The translations under genes were made by a program, and so were the position numbers. Under the pieces are notes generated by a model, which was given only the letters and a program-made list of their open reading frames with translations, had not been told where the DNA came from and did not search any database. Positions 9,248 to 20,928 of a stretch of DNA of 64,000 nucleotides are shown here, one piece after another. The stretch comes from an uncultured delta proteobacterium. GTDB lineage: Bacteria; Myxococcota; UBA727; VGSZ01. Each line of letters opens with the position of its first letter. Positions within the stretch are counted from its first letter, which is position 1. The stretch is taken from positions 380,430-444,429 of the forward strand of contig CAVZJB010000012.1 in the NCBI GenBank assembly GCA_963775425.1, given 5' to 3'.

Positions 9248-10729
9248 TCAACGCGCGAAGATCATGACCTGCTGATCGCGCAGCTCGCCGTTGCGCTCGC
9301 AGTCGGGCACCTGGCAGCACGGGTCGGCGCCGTTGAAGCCGCTGTCGGTCACGCCGAACGCGGGGCACTGCGCGTCGCCGCTGTCGCGCAGGTAGAAGTA
9401 GCCGTCGCTGCCGATGCACCCCGCGCGGTTCATCATGAACGCACCGGCGAGGGGAGCGTCGACGCACGCCGTCCCCACGGACTGAGCCCCGACGTCCTCG
9501 ACGTCGATGTTCCTGAGCGCCGCGTCGTTCACCTCGACGTCGAAGCTGATGTGGTACTGGTGCGCCCCCGGCGTGAGGTCGGCGGTGGCCTCGGCGACGA
9601 GCAGCTCGCGCGCGGGGACCAGCGTGGAGATGGCGTCGAGGGAGTAGGGCGCGGCGAGGTCGGCGAGGGAGCCGGCGTCGAACCCCCAGCCAAAGTGCGG
9701 CGCGCCGCCGCCGGCGACGGAGCGGCCGAGCAAGGTCCAGCCGCCGTCTTCGACGACCATGTCGCACCACACCGTGCGCTCCCCGTCGGCGCCGTCGACG
9801 ACGGCCTCGCCCGTGGGCAGCGTCGGATCGTCCGCGTGCAGCGAGCGGCACGTGCGGCGCTCGCGCACGAAGAGGAGCCCCTGTTCGCCGTCGAGGTTGC
9901 CGGTGCCGGGGCAGTCGGCGGTGTCGTCGGGGGGCGTGCCGTTGAGCGCCCAGCCGTCAGCGCGCAGGCCGAAGAAGCTCTCGCAGGAGGGGCTGTCGCG
10001 GAAGGCGTAGATGTCGTCGAAGCCGTTGCAGCCGCCGCGGTTGAAAAAGAACGGTTGGCCGCGGTCCTCGTTGACGTTGCACGAGCTCGCGATCACGCGC
10101 GTGGCGCCCACGCGGAGCACCTGCACGTCGGCGGCGCCCGGGCCCCTCAGGTCCCGGTCGTAGCGCACGACGTAGACGTCGTCGCCGAGGCCGGCGACGC
10201 CCGCGCCGAGGCTCGCCGCGAGGACCTCGTCGGCGCGCCCGAGGGCGGCGCCGCGCGAGTAGGGCTGCGCGAGGTCGTCCACGCTGCCGGTGGCGTCGTT
10301 CCAGCCGAACGGCTGCGCGCCGGGGTCCGCGCCGGGGGCGCTGCGCGCCACCAGGGTCCAGCCGCCGCCGTCGGTGCTCATGTCGCAAAACGTCGGGACG
10401 CCGTGGAGCTCGAAGATGCCGGAGGCGGCGCCGGGGCTCGCGTCGAGCGCCTGCAGGCAGGTGTCGACGTCGAGGACCTCGCCTTCGCCCTCTCCCTCGC
10501 CCTCTCCCTCTCCCTCTCCTTCACCTTCGCCTTCTCCCCCTCCTTCGCCCTCGCCCTCTCCTTCGCCCTCTCCTGCGCCGGCGCCGCCGCAGACGCCGGC
10601 GACGCAGCGCTTCTCCGGCGGGCACTGCGCGTCGTCGTCACAGGCGAGCCCGAGGCCGAACAGGCGGCACGACGGCGCGCCCGCGAGGAGCGAGACCGCG
10701 AGCGCGAGGAGCGGCGGCGGGCGGCGCAT
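9248..10729 (-). CDS. Lipoprotein with Cys knot, (GE)n linker and two fibrinogen-like (xCDMxxxGGGWTL) domains
   Basis: FCDMSTDGGGWTLV and WCDMVVEDGGWTLL; APSC lipobox-like; CDDDAQCPPEKRCVAGVC; long GE tract. Confidence 0.85.
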   Translation of the reverse strand: MRRPPPLLALAVSLLAGAPSCRLFGLGLACDDDAQCPPEKRCVAGVCGGAGAGEGEGEGEGEGGGEGEGEGEGEGEGEGEGEGEVLDVDTCLQALDASPGAASGIFELHGVPTFCDMSTDGGGWTLVARSAPGADPGAQPFGWNDATGSVDDLAQPYSRGAALGRADEVLAASLGAGVAGLGDDVYVVRYDRDLRGPGAADVQVLRVGATRVIASSCNVNEDRGQPFFFNRGGCNGFDDIYAFRDSPSCESFFGLRADGWALNGTPPDDTADCPGTGNLDGEQGLLFVRERRTCRSLHADDPTLPTGEAVVDGADGERTVWCDMVVEDGGWTLLGRSVAGGGAPHFGWGFDAGSLADLAAPYSLDAISTLVPARELLVAEATADLTPGAHQYHISFDVEVNDAALRNIDVEDVGAQSVGTACVDAPLAGAFMMNRAGCIGSDGYFYLRDSGDAQCPAFGVTDSGFNGADPCCQVPDCERNGELRDQQVMIFAR

Positions 10730-10757
10730 GCTCGAACGATAGCGCGTCCGCGCCGGG

Positions 10758-11282
10758 CTAACGGCGGGTGGCCTTGAACGCGCCATCCGTGAACGACAGG
10801 GTCGAAGCGCCGTCGCCGCTCACCATGTCGAAGGCGAACCGGCCCGTGAGGATGTCGCCGTCGACACCGAGGAGCAGCACGTCGCCGGTGTGCGCGTCGT
10901 CGGTGATGAAGCTGCCGCCCTCGAGGAGGTTGGCCGCGCCGCTCTTGTCGCTGCGCGAGGCCTGCGGCACGCAGATGGGGAACGCGCCGTCGCCGACCAG
11001 GGTGTCGAGGTCGGTGCCCGTCTCGTCCACGGCGATGACCATGTCGAGCACACCGACGTCGACGCTGGCGTTGCTGCCCGGCCCCCAACTGGCGGTCCCG
11101 TCGAACGCGGCGCCGTCGGAGCGGGTGGCGGTGCCCTTGCCGTCGGCGACGTCGGGCGGGTCCGTCGAGAGCCCGCCACAGTCGACGGCCTTCGGGCAGC
11201 CGGCGGTGAGGCCGGCAGTCACGAGCGCCGCCGCCCCGAGCGCCGCGCGGACGAAGGACGAGGTGCGCAGCGCGGGGCTCAT
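10758..11282 (-). CDS. Putative lipoprotein
   Basis: MSPALRTSSFVRAALGAAALVTAGLTAGC lipoprotein signal; beta-rich mature part; start overlaps the upstream stop. Confidence 0.75.
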   Translation of the reverse strand: MSPALRTSSFVRAALGAAALVTAGLTAGCPKAVDCGGLSTDPPDVADGKGTATRSDGAAFDGTASWGPGSNASVDVGVLDMVIAVDETGTDLDTLVGDGAFPICVPQASRSDKSGAANLLEGGSFITDDAHTGDVLLLGVDGDILTGRFAFDMVSGDGASTLSFTDGAFKATRR

Positions 11283-11911
11283 TCGGCCACCGGGAGGCAG
11301 CCGACGTTCGACTGGCCGCCGAGGTTCAACAGGATGCCCGCGCGCGCGCCGATGGTGGCGCCGCAGACGCTGTCGATGTCGACCTCGTTGTCGGTGCCGC
11401 TCGAGATGGTCTGCGTGATGTTGCCGCCGCCGACGACGAGCTCGACGAAGCCGTTGGTGATCGGCTGCGGATCGCGTTGGAAGTACGTGAAGCTGACGTT
11501 GCTGTAGCAGCCGTCGCCGATGGGCGTGGCGCGGACGTCGAAGATCACCGGGCCGGCGGCCTCGCGCGGCTGCCCCTGGACGTCGGGGTCGTCGGTGCAG
11601 TCGGCTGTGTCGTCGTCGGCGGGCGGCAGGCAGGCGCCGGCCTCGAGGAAGGTGCCGTCGAGGTCGCACAGGCCGTTGTCGCAGTCGGCGTCGCTGCTGC
11701 AGCCGCCGTCGACGCCGCGCCCGGTGCGTCCGTCGCCGGCGGTCTCCTGGCACGAGCCGGCGACGCAGAAGGGCAGCGCGTCGGGGCAGTCGCCGTCGTC
11801 GGCGCAGTTGATGGTGCCGAACAGCTCGCAGCCACCCGCCCCGAGGACGACGACGGCGGCGGCGGCCGCGGTGAGGCAGGACGACAGGGGGGACCGTGCG
11901 GGCGAGGGCAT
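11279..11911 (-). CDS. Cys-rich lipoprotein with two Cys-knot motifs
   Basis: AGGC lipobox-like; CADDGDCPDALPFCVAGSC and CSSDADCDNGLC. Confidence 0.75.
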   Translation of the reverse strand: MPSPARSPLSSCLTAAAAAVVVLGAGGCELFGTINCADDGDCPDALPFCVAGSCQETAGDGRTGRGVDGGCSSDADCDNGLCDLDGTFLEAGACLPPADDDTADCTDDPDVQGQPREAAGPVIFDVRATPIGDGCYSNVSFTYFQRDPQPITNGFVELVVGGGNITQTISSGTDNEVDIDSVCGATIGARAGILLNLGGQSNVGCLPVAE

Positions 11912-11916
11912 GTGCG

Positions 11917-12699
11917 TTACTCCACGAGGAAACCGACGAGCGTGACGGCGGCGCCGACGGCGGCGACGCCGCCGGACACGAGGGTGGCGGTGAGATAGCC
12001 GGGGCCGTTTTGTAGCGCGGCTTGCTTGTCGGCGCCCGTCGCGCGCGGGTTGCGCACGGTGTCGTCGGCCACGAACGTGGCGAGCCCGAAGGCGCCGGCG
12101 GCGACCGCGCCCGCGGCGAGCACGACGCCCCCGGCCACGGTCACGAAGGGGAAGCCCGGCGGCGGCGTCGTCGGCGGCGGCGGCGGCGGCGCGGGCTTGC
12201 CGAACACGCGCGCGGCCGCGGCCGGCATCTCGGCGGCGGCGCGCTCGACGCTGTCCACCCGGAAGCTGTCGCGGCCGACGGAGCGAGCGTCCTCGGGATC
12301 GACGAGGGAGACGCTCACCACGTAGCTCGACCCGAGGTGCGCCACGCTCGCGTAGAGCACACGGTCGGCGCCGAGGGCGGCGCCGATCTCGGCCAGGCAG
12401 TCGCTGCCGCCGTCGCAGCCCGTGGCCTGCTTTTGCGCCTCCACGTCGAGGACGCGGCGCATGTCCTCGGACGAGATGACCTCCACGCCCTTGCGCTTTT
12501 GCACGGCCGCCGCGAGCTGGTCGCGCAGCGCGCCCGCCTCCTCACCGCTCAACGACGGGCCCGCGACATCGAGGACGAGGATCTTCGTCACGCGCGTGGC
12601 CGCGGCGGTTGTCCCGGCGGCCGTACCGGCGGCTGTCCCGGCGGCGGCGGGGCCCGCGGCGGTCACCCCGAGGGCGAGGACGAGGAGGGCGGGCGACAT
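11917..12699 (-). CDS. Exported CsgG/TolB-N-like CxxxxxCL protein with C-terminal Gly-rich hairpin
   Basis: KILVLDV...GCDGGSDCLAEIGAALGADRVLYASVAHLGSSYVVSVSLVD; poly-Pro linker; two hydrophobic C-terminal segments. Confidence 0.8.
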   Translation of the reverse strand: MSPALLVLALGVTAAGPAAAGTAAGTAAGTTAAATRVTKILVLDVAGPSLSGEEAGALRDQLAAAVQKRKGVEVISSEDMRRVLDVEAQKQATGCDGGSDCLAEIGAALGADRVLYASVAHLGSSYVVSVSLVDPEDARSVGRDSFRVDSVERAAAEMPAAAARVFGKPAPPPPPPTTPPPGFPFVTVAGGVVLAAGAVAAGAFGLATFVADDTVRNPRATGADKQAALQNGPGYLTATLVSGGVAAVGAAVTLVGFLVE

Positions 12700-12787
12700 A
12701 CGCGGGCGCTTTCGGGTGTGCGTGCGCATCCCGCAACGGGGCACCTTGTGATGCCGGAACACCTTGACGGCCGCGGCCCGAGTGACG

Positions 12788-13111
12788 ATGACTATCCGGA
12801 TGGCAACCGCGCCGTTGCTCCTGCTGTTCGTCGCCGTGGCCCCCCGGGTCGACGCCGACCTCGCGCAGGCTCCCAGCGTGCTCTTGCCCGTGAGCGAGGC
12901 CGCCGTCGTCGTCGCGCGCGCCGGCGCTCCGTCGTTGCCGTTGCTCGTGGCCTCTCCGTCGGCGTGGGCCGACGTCGCCGTCCCCGCTGCGAAGGCCGCG
13001 CGGCCGCCCCGGGCGGTGGTCATCCCGCCGCTCGTCCCCGCCGCCGAGCCGGCGCCCGCCGTGGCGCCGCGCCGGGAGCCGGGCGCGGCGCGCGGCCCGC
13101 CCGCGGCCTAG
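12788..13111 (+). CDS. secA upstream ORF ending in RGPP; candidate translation-arrest (SecM-like) peptide
   Basis: Hydrophobic N-terminus (MATAPLLLLFVAV), Ala/Pro spacer, and C-terminal ARGPPAA (RGPP at 13091-13102). Stop lies 78 nt before secA. Alternative start at 12800. Confidence 0.65.
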   Translation: MTIRMATAPLLLLFVAVAPRVDADLAQAPSVLLPVSEAAVVVARAGAPSLPLLVASPSAWADVAVPAAKAARPPRAVVIPPLVPAAEPAPAVAPRREPGAARGPPAA

Positions 13112-13189
13112 CCCCGAGCCCCTCTTCTCCCTCCTCTCGCCGCCGCGGCCCGAAAGCGCGGGCGGCGCCCCTCTTCTCCGGAATTTCCC

Positions 13190-16405
<3,216 letters not shown>

Positions 16406-16548
16406 TTTCGCGGCGGTCGCGCGCGCCGCCCGGCTCGTCCGTCCGTGGCAGGCGGCCCGTCTGTCCGCCGGGGCCCGCCGCCGGGGTCCGCCGCCCGGGA
16501 GGGGATCACCCCGTTGTCAGCCGCGGCGGGTGTGCGCAGGATGTCTCC

Positions 16549-16929
16549 GTGTCCCTGAACGACGACATCATGTTCCGCGCCCTCAACCAGCTCGTCGCGG
16601 GCCTGCTCAGGGCGGTGGGCCTGCGCAAGAAGGAAGACCTGCCGGCCGCGGAGGAGGCGCTCGCCGAGGGCCTCAAGTCGCTCGGCCTCACGCTCGACCT
16701 CGCCAAGACCATGCAGGCGTCGATGATGAGGGACCTCGTGAAGGACCCGGTGCGGCGCGCGCTCCTCGGCAGCACCCTCTGCGAGCTCGCCCAGATCGCG
16801 CTCCAGCGCGGCGACGAGGCCGCCGCGGACCGCCTCGACGACGCCGCGACCGAGCTGTTCATGGACGTCGACGTCGCGCAGCTCCCCGAGCAGGTGCGGG
16901 ACGTGCTCCCGCCCGACATGCGAGAGTGA
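16549..16929 (+). CDS. Hypothetical helical protein
   Basis: GC3-biased frame (C-terminal part of track ORF 15868..16929); its stop abuts the next gene's start. Confidence 0.7.
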   Translation: MSLNDDIMFRALNQLVAGLLRAVGLRKKEDLPAAEEALAEGLKSLGLTLDLAKTMQASMMRDLVKDPVRRALLGSTLCELAQIALQRGDEAAADRLDDAATELFMDVDVAQLPEQVRDVLPPDMRE

Positions 16930-16930
16930 C

Positions 16931-18427
16931 GTGGTGGCCGCGCGGCGCACCGAGACGGAGACCCGCACGGAGACCCGCACGGAGACCCGCACGGAGTCGG
17001 ACGCCGTCCGGCGCACCCCCGACGTCGTCGACGGGACGCTCGACGACAAGGCCGCCGCCGAGCTCCAGAAGGCCATCGAGGCGAGCGCCGTCGACCCGCG
17101 GCTGTGGACGGGCGCCTTCGCCACCAACGTGTGGGGCGGCCGCTTCGCGGTGAACGGCGTCCTCGGCGAGGGCGCGCAGGGCACCACGTTCTCCGGCACG
17201 GATCTGAAGACCGGGGCGCGCGTGGCGCTCAAGGTGTTCGACCTCGGGCGCGCCAGGGACTGGAAGGCGCAGGAGCTCTTCGACCGCGAGGTGCAGACGC
17301 TCAAGTCGCTCTCGCACCCCGGCATCCCCCAGCTCCTCGACGTCATCGTCGACGAGGACACCGGCGCCCGCGCCCTCGTGCGCACCCTCATCCCCGGCGA
17401 GTCGCTCGCGGACGCGCTCAAGCGCGAGGGGCCCATGCGCGAGGCGGCGCTGTGGAGCGTGCTCGTCGACGCCGCCGACGTCCTCGGCGCGCTCCACGGG
17501 CGCCCCTCGCCCATCGTCCACCGCGACATCAAGCCCTCGAACCTGATCCGGCGCCCCGACGGCAAGGTGTGCCTCGTCGACTTCGGCGGCGTCGGGCGCA
17601 TGCGCGAGGCCGCCGGCTCCACCGTCGTCGGCACCTTCGGCTACATGGCGCCCGAGCAGCTCTACGGCGCGCAGACCCCCGCCACGGACATGTACTCGCT
17701 CGGAGCCACGCTGCTCGCGCTCGCCACGGGCAAGGAGCCCGAGGAGCTGCCGCGCGACGGCCTCGCGCTCGACGTCGACAACGCCGCGCCCGCGCTGTCG
17801 CCGGCGCTGCGCGGGCTGTTGAAGAAGCTGGTGGCGCCGGATCCCAAGGACCGCCCGCAGACGGCGGCGCACCTGCTCGGCGAGCTGAAGACCATCGCGG
17901 AGCGCGACCGCGGGCAAGACGGCGGGCGCGAGCCCGATCGCGCGCCGCTCGTCGAGGATTGGCGCAAGGGCGCCGACCCCTTCTACGTCCACGGCGACAC
18001 CGGCGACGTCTTCGTCGGCATCGTCTCGCTCTTCTTCGGGGTGCTCGGGGTGGCCGGCGCCGTCGTCATCGGGCAGATCCTGCTGCCGCTCATCCTCACG
18101 GTGCTGGCGGGGCTGTCGAACCCCGAGCAGCGCGCCCGCCTGCTGCGCGCCCGCACCCGGGTCGTCGACGCCGCCCGCTTCGCGCGGGGCAGCTTCCAGA
18201 CGTCCGCGGAGCACGGCGCGCGCAAGCTCGAGGAGCTGAGCAGCCGCGACCACGAGCGGCGTCGGCACAAAAAGCAGCAGCGGCGCGACCAGATCCGCGC
18301 CTGGCGCGAGGAGGAGCGGCGCATGCGCGAGGCCGCGCGCGAGATGCGCAAGCAGATCCAGCGCGACGTCCGCAAGCAGATCAAGCGCGACGTCCGCCGC
18401 CGGCGTCACGACAAGTTCTGGATGTAG
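16931..18427 (+). CDS. Ser/Thr protein kinase with TM segment and basic coiled-coil tail
   Basis: LGEGAQG, VALK, HRDIKPSN, DFG, GTFGYMAPEQ. Confidence 0.93.
   Translation: MVAARRTETETRTETRTETRTESDAVRRTPDVVDGTLDDKAAAELQKAIEASAVDPRLWTGAFATNVWGGRFAVNGVLGEGAQGTTFSGTDLKTGARVALKVFDLGRARDWKAQELFDREVQTLKSLSHPGIPQLLDVIVDEDTGARALVRTLIPGESLADALKREGPMREAALWSVLVDAADVLGALHGRPSPIVHRDIKPSNLIRRPDGKVCLVDFGGVGRMREAAGSTVVGTFGYMAPEQLYGAQTPATDMYSLGATLLALATGKEPEELPRDGLALDVDNAAPALSPALRGLLKKLVAPDPKDRPQTAAHLLGELKTIAERDRGQDGGREPDRAPLVEDWRKGADPFYVHGDTGDVFVGIVSLFFGVLGVAGAVVIGQILLPLILTVLAGLSNPEQRARLLRARTRVVDAARFARGSFQTSAEHGARKLEELSSRDHERRRHKKQQRRDQIRAWREEERRMREAAREMRKQIQRDVRKQIKRDVRRRRHDKFWM
16955..16996 (+). repeat. 12-bp tandem repeat (ACGGAGACCCGC x3.5) encoding TETR
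   Basis: Read directly from the sequence. Confidence 0.9.
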
Positions 18428-18482
18428 GTCTCGTCGGCGGCGGCCGGTTGACGCGGACGGCGCAAATGGCAATGCCAAGGCC

Positions 18483-19160
18483 ATGTCCGCCTGGATCTTC
18501 AAGAACAAGGTCGTCTGGCTCGTCGGCTGGATCGTGCTGATGGTCGGCCTCGACCAGGGGACCAAGCTCTGGGCCCAGGGTGCGCTGGCCGAGCCCCGCG
18601 TCGAGGTGCGGCCGCACGAGTCGGCAGACCCGAGCGGCGAGGGGACCAAGCGGGTGGACGAGCGCGTCGAGCAGTACGTCGGCGTGCACACCAAGGAGGT
18701 CGTCCCGGGCCTCTTCAACCTCAAGTACGCCGAGAACCGCGCGGCCGCGTTCAGCCTCACGCAGAGCATCCCCGAGGGCGCGCGGCGGCCGCTCCTGTTG
18801 TTCGTGAGCATCGCGGCCTGCGCGCTGATCGCTGCCTGGTACATGAAGCTCAAGGTGGCCGACGGCCTGTTGATGACCAGCTTCGCGCTCATCATCGCCG
18901 GCGCCCTCGGCAACTTCCTCGACCGGGCCCGCCTCGGCTACGTCATCGACTTCCTCGACTTCTACATCGCCAACGCGTCCATCGCGTCCTGGCTGCGGGC
19001 GCCCCACGTGGTGCCCGTGCTCGGCTTCGTCGTGCGCCTCTCCGATCACTGGCCCACGTTCAACGTCGCCGACAGTTGCATCGTGTCAGGAGCCATCGGC
19101 GTGGTCCTGCGCACGCTTCGGCCGCTGCCGGCGGAGAAGTCGTCGCCGTCGTCGACCTGA
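18483..19160 (+). CDS. lspA: Lipoprotein signal peptidase II
   Basis: DQGTK, ENRAAAFS, GALGNFLDR, VIDFLD, WPTFNVADSCI. Confidence 0.95.
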   Translation: MSAWIFKNKVVWLVGWIVLMVGLDQGTKLWAQGALAEPRVEVRPHESADPSGEGTKRVDERVEQYVGVHTKEVVPGLFNLKYAENRAAAFSLTQSIPEGARRPLLLFVSIAACALIAAWYMKLKVADGLLMTSFALIIAGALGNFLDRARLGYVIDFLDFYIANASIASWLRAPHVVPVLGFVVRLSDHWPTFNVADSCIVSGAIGVVLRTLRPLPAEKSSPSST

Positions 19161-19169
19161 GGGGGAGCC

Positions 19170-19472
19170 ATGTATCTCGCGCGCGTCATCGGCACCGTCG
19201 TCGCCACCAGGAAGGCCCAGGACATGAGCGGCCTCAAGCTGCTCGTGGTGGAGCCGGTCGACGGGCGTACGCGCGAGAGGAACGGCGAGGTCCACGTCGC
19301 CATCGACACCGCGCAGGCGGGCGAGGGTGACCTCGTGACGTGCGTCGGGTCGCGCGAAGCCGCGCTCTCGGTGCAGCCGAGCTTCGTCCCCGTGGACGCG
19401 TCCATCATCGGCATCGTGGACCGGGCCGACTTCGTGCCCGCCGGCGTGCCCGCCGCCGGAGCGCGTACGTGA
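19170..19472 (+). CDS. EutN/CcmL-family microcompartment pentamer (BMC-P)
   Basis: MYLARVIGTVVATRK...KLLVVEP...VAIDTAQAGEGDLV...PVDASIIGIVD. Confidence 0.93.
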   Translation: MYLARVIGTVVATRKAQDMSGLKLLVVEPVDGRTRERNGEVHVAIDTAQAGEGDLVTCVGSREAALSVQPSFVPVDASIIGIVDRADFVPAGVPAAGART

Positions 19473-19798
19473 TCCTCGCCGAGGTCGTGGGCACCGTGGT
19501 GATGACCGTGAAGCACCCCGCGTACGACGGGGAGAAGCTGCTCGCCGTGCAACCGCTCGACGACAAGGGCGCCGCCGCGGGCACCGTCATCCTGGCCGTG
19601 GACCGCGCGCAGGCCGGCGTCGGCGATCGAGTGCTGGTGATGCGCGAGGGCAACGGCATCCGGCAGATCGTCGGGCGCGAGCAGGGCAAGGGCGTCGACG
19701 AGGCCGTGAAGATGGACTGGCCGGTGCGCTCGATGATCGTGGGCATCGTCGACGAGGTCGACGTGCCCGCCGGCGGCGCCGCGAAGGGCCGCGCGTGA
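19469..19798 (+). CDS. Second EutN/CcmL-family BMC-P protein
   Basis: MILAEVVGTVVMTVKHP...KLLAVQP...AVDRAQAGVGDRVLV...IVGIVDEV; GTGA overlap with the upstream gene. Confidence 0.92.
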   Translation: MILAEVVGTVVMTVKHPAYDGEKLLAVQPLDDKGAAAGTVILAVDRAQAGVGDRVLVMREGNGIRQIVGREQGKGVDEAVKMDWPVRSMIVGIVDEVDVPAGGAAKGRA

Positions 19799-20457
19799 GC
19801 CCGTCGCAGCAGCGCGCGGTGGCGGAGGCGGCGAGGCACCTGCACGCGGCGGGCTGGGTGGCCAACCACGACGGCAACGTCTCGGTGCGGCTCGCGGACA
19901 AGAAGCGCTTCATGGCCACGCCCACGGCGACGTCCAAGCGCGTGGTCGAGGCCCACGACGTCATCACCGTCGACGTCGAGGGCAAGGTGCTCTCGGGGCG
20001 GAAGAAGCTCTTCGGCGAGTGGCACCTGCACGCCGCCTGCTACAAGGCGCGCGCCGACGTCTGCGCCGTGATCCACGCGCACCCGCCGCACGCCACGGCG
20101 TTCGGGGTGGCGCGCAAGCCGCTCGGGCCGCCGCCGTTGCCCGAGATGGTGGTGAGCCTCGGGGCGAACGTGCCGCTCATCGACTACGCGCCGCCGAAGT
20201 CCCCGGGGCAGGACGCGGCCCTCATGAAGGCGCTCACCGACGGCGACGCGGACGTCGTCATCCTCGCGGCCAACGGCGTCGTCGCCGTCGGCGTGGACCT
20301 CGAGCAGGCCCTGTTGCGCGTGGAGCTCGTCGAGCACTGGGCGAAGATCCTCGTTGCCTCCGCCCCCCTCGGCGGCGCCCAGCCGCTGCCCGCGGCGGAC
20401 GTGCGGAAGCTCCTCGACGCCCGCACCCGCGCCGGCCTCGGAAGAGCCGCGCGCTGA
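19795..20457 (+). CDS. Class II aldolase/adducin family protein
   Basis: DGNVSVR, TPTATSK, EWHLH, VIHAHPPHATA. The third metal-binding His appears replaced (AANG). Confidence 0.9.
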   Translation: MSPSQQRAVAEAARHLHAAGWVANHDGNVSVRLADKKRFMATPTATSKRVVEAHDVITVDVEGKVLSGRKKLFGEWHLHAACYKARADVCAVIHAHPPHATAFGVARKPLGPPPLPEMVVSLGANVPLIDYAPPKSPGQDAALMKALTDGDADVVILAANGVVAVGVDLEQALLRVELVEHWAKILVASAPLGGAQPLPAADVRKLLDARTRAGLGRAAR

Positions 20458-20583
20458 ATCTAGCGGCGTGACCACGACGGTGTGCCCCGCCGTGAGTGTC
20501 TACGCCGCGCGCCTTCGGCGCATCGGCGCCGCCCCTCGCGTCCGAGCCGCTCGCGTCATGCCGCGCCGGTCTGCCCGGAACGC

Positions 20584-20727
20584 GAGGGCGGCGCCGTCGA
20601 CGGGGTCGTCCCTCTCTGCGCGCGCCACGAGGGCGCGCCCTACGGCAGCGCCGGTGGCGTCGACGTGTGGGGCCCCGTGTGAGAGGGCGGCGCCGTCGAC
20701 GGGGTCGTCCCTCTCTGCGCGCGCCAC
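20584..20727. repeat. Two identical 45-bp quasi-palindromic units (20584-20628, 20683-20727), REP-like
   Basis: GAGGGCGGCGCCGTCGACGGGGTCGTCCCTCTCTGCGCGCGCCAC occurs twice, each followed by CCCTACG-N3-GCGCCGGTGGCGTCGACG. Confidence 0.85.
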
Positions 20728-20854
20728 CCCCCTACGACCGCGCCGGTGGCGTCGACGCGTGGTGGCGCGTGGTTCGGCGCGGGTGGTGTACGCGATGAGG
20801 CCGTCTGTCCGGCCGGCAAGCCGATGCGGAAGCGCCGAAGGCGCAAGCGGCGTA

Positions 20855-20914
20855 GAAATTCGTGGCGGCCACAACGCCGTGCGGATCGACAAACGCCCTA
20901 CCGCCGCGAATTTC
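20855..20914. terminator. 14-bp inverted repeat between convergent genes
   Basis: GAAATTCGTGGCGG (20855-20868) and CCGCCGCGAATTTC (20901-20914), with one wobble pair. Confidence 0.4.
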
Positions 20915-20928
20915 GTCACGCCGCAAAT

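Noticed and set aside
20584-20727. Direct repeats as a CRISPR array
   Set aside because: Only two units, the intervening sequences resemble each other, and no cas genes are present.
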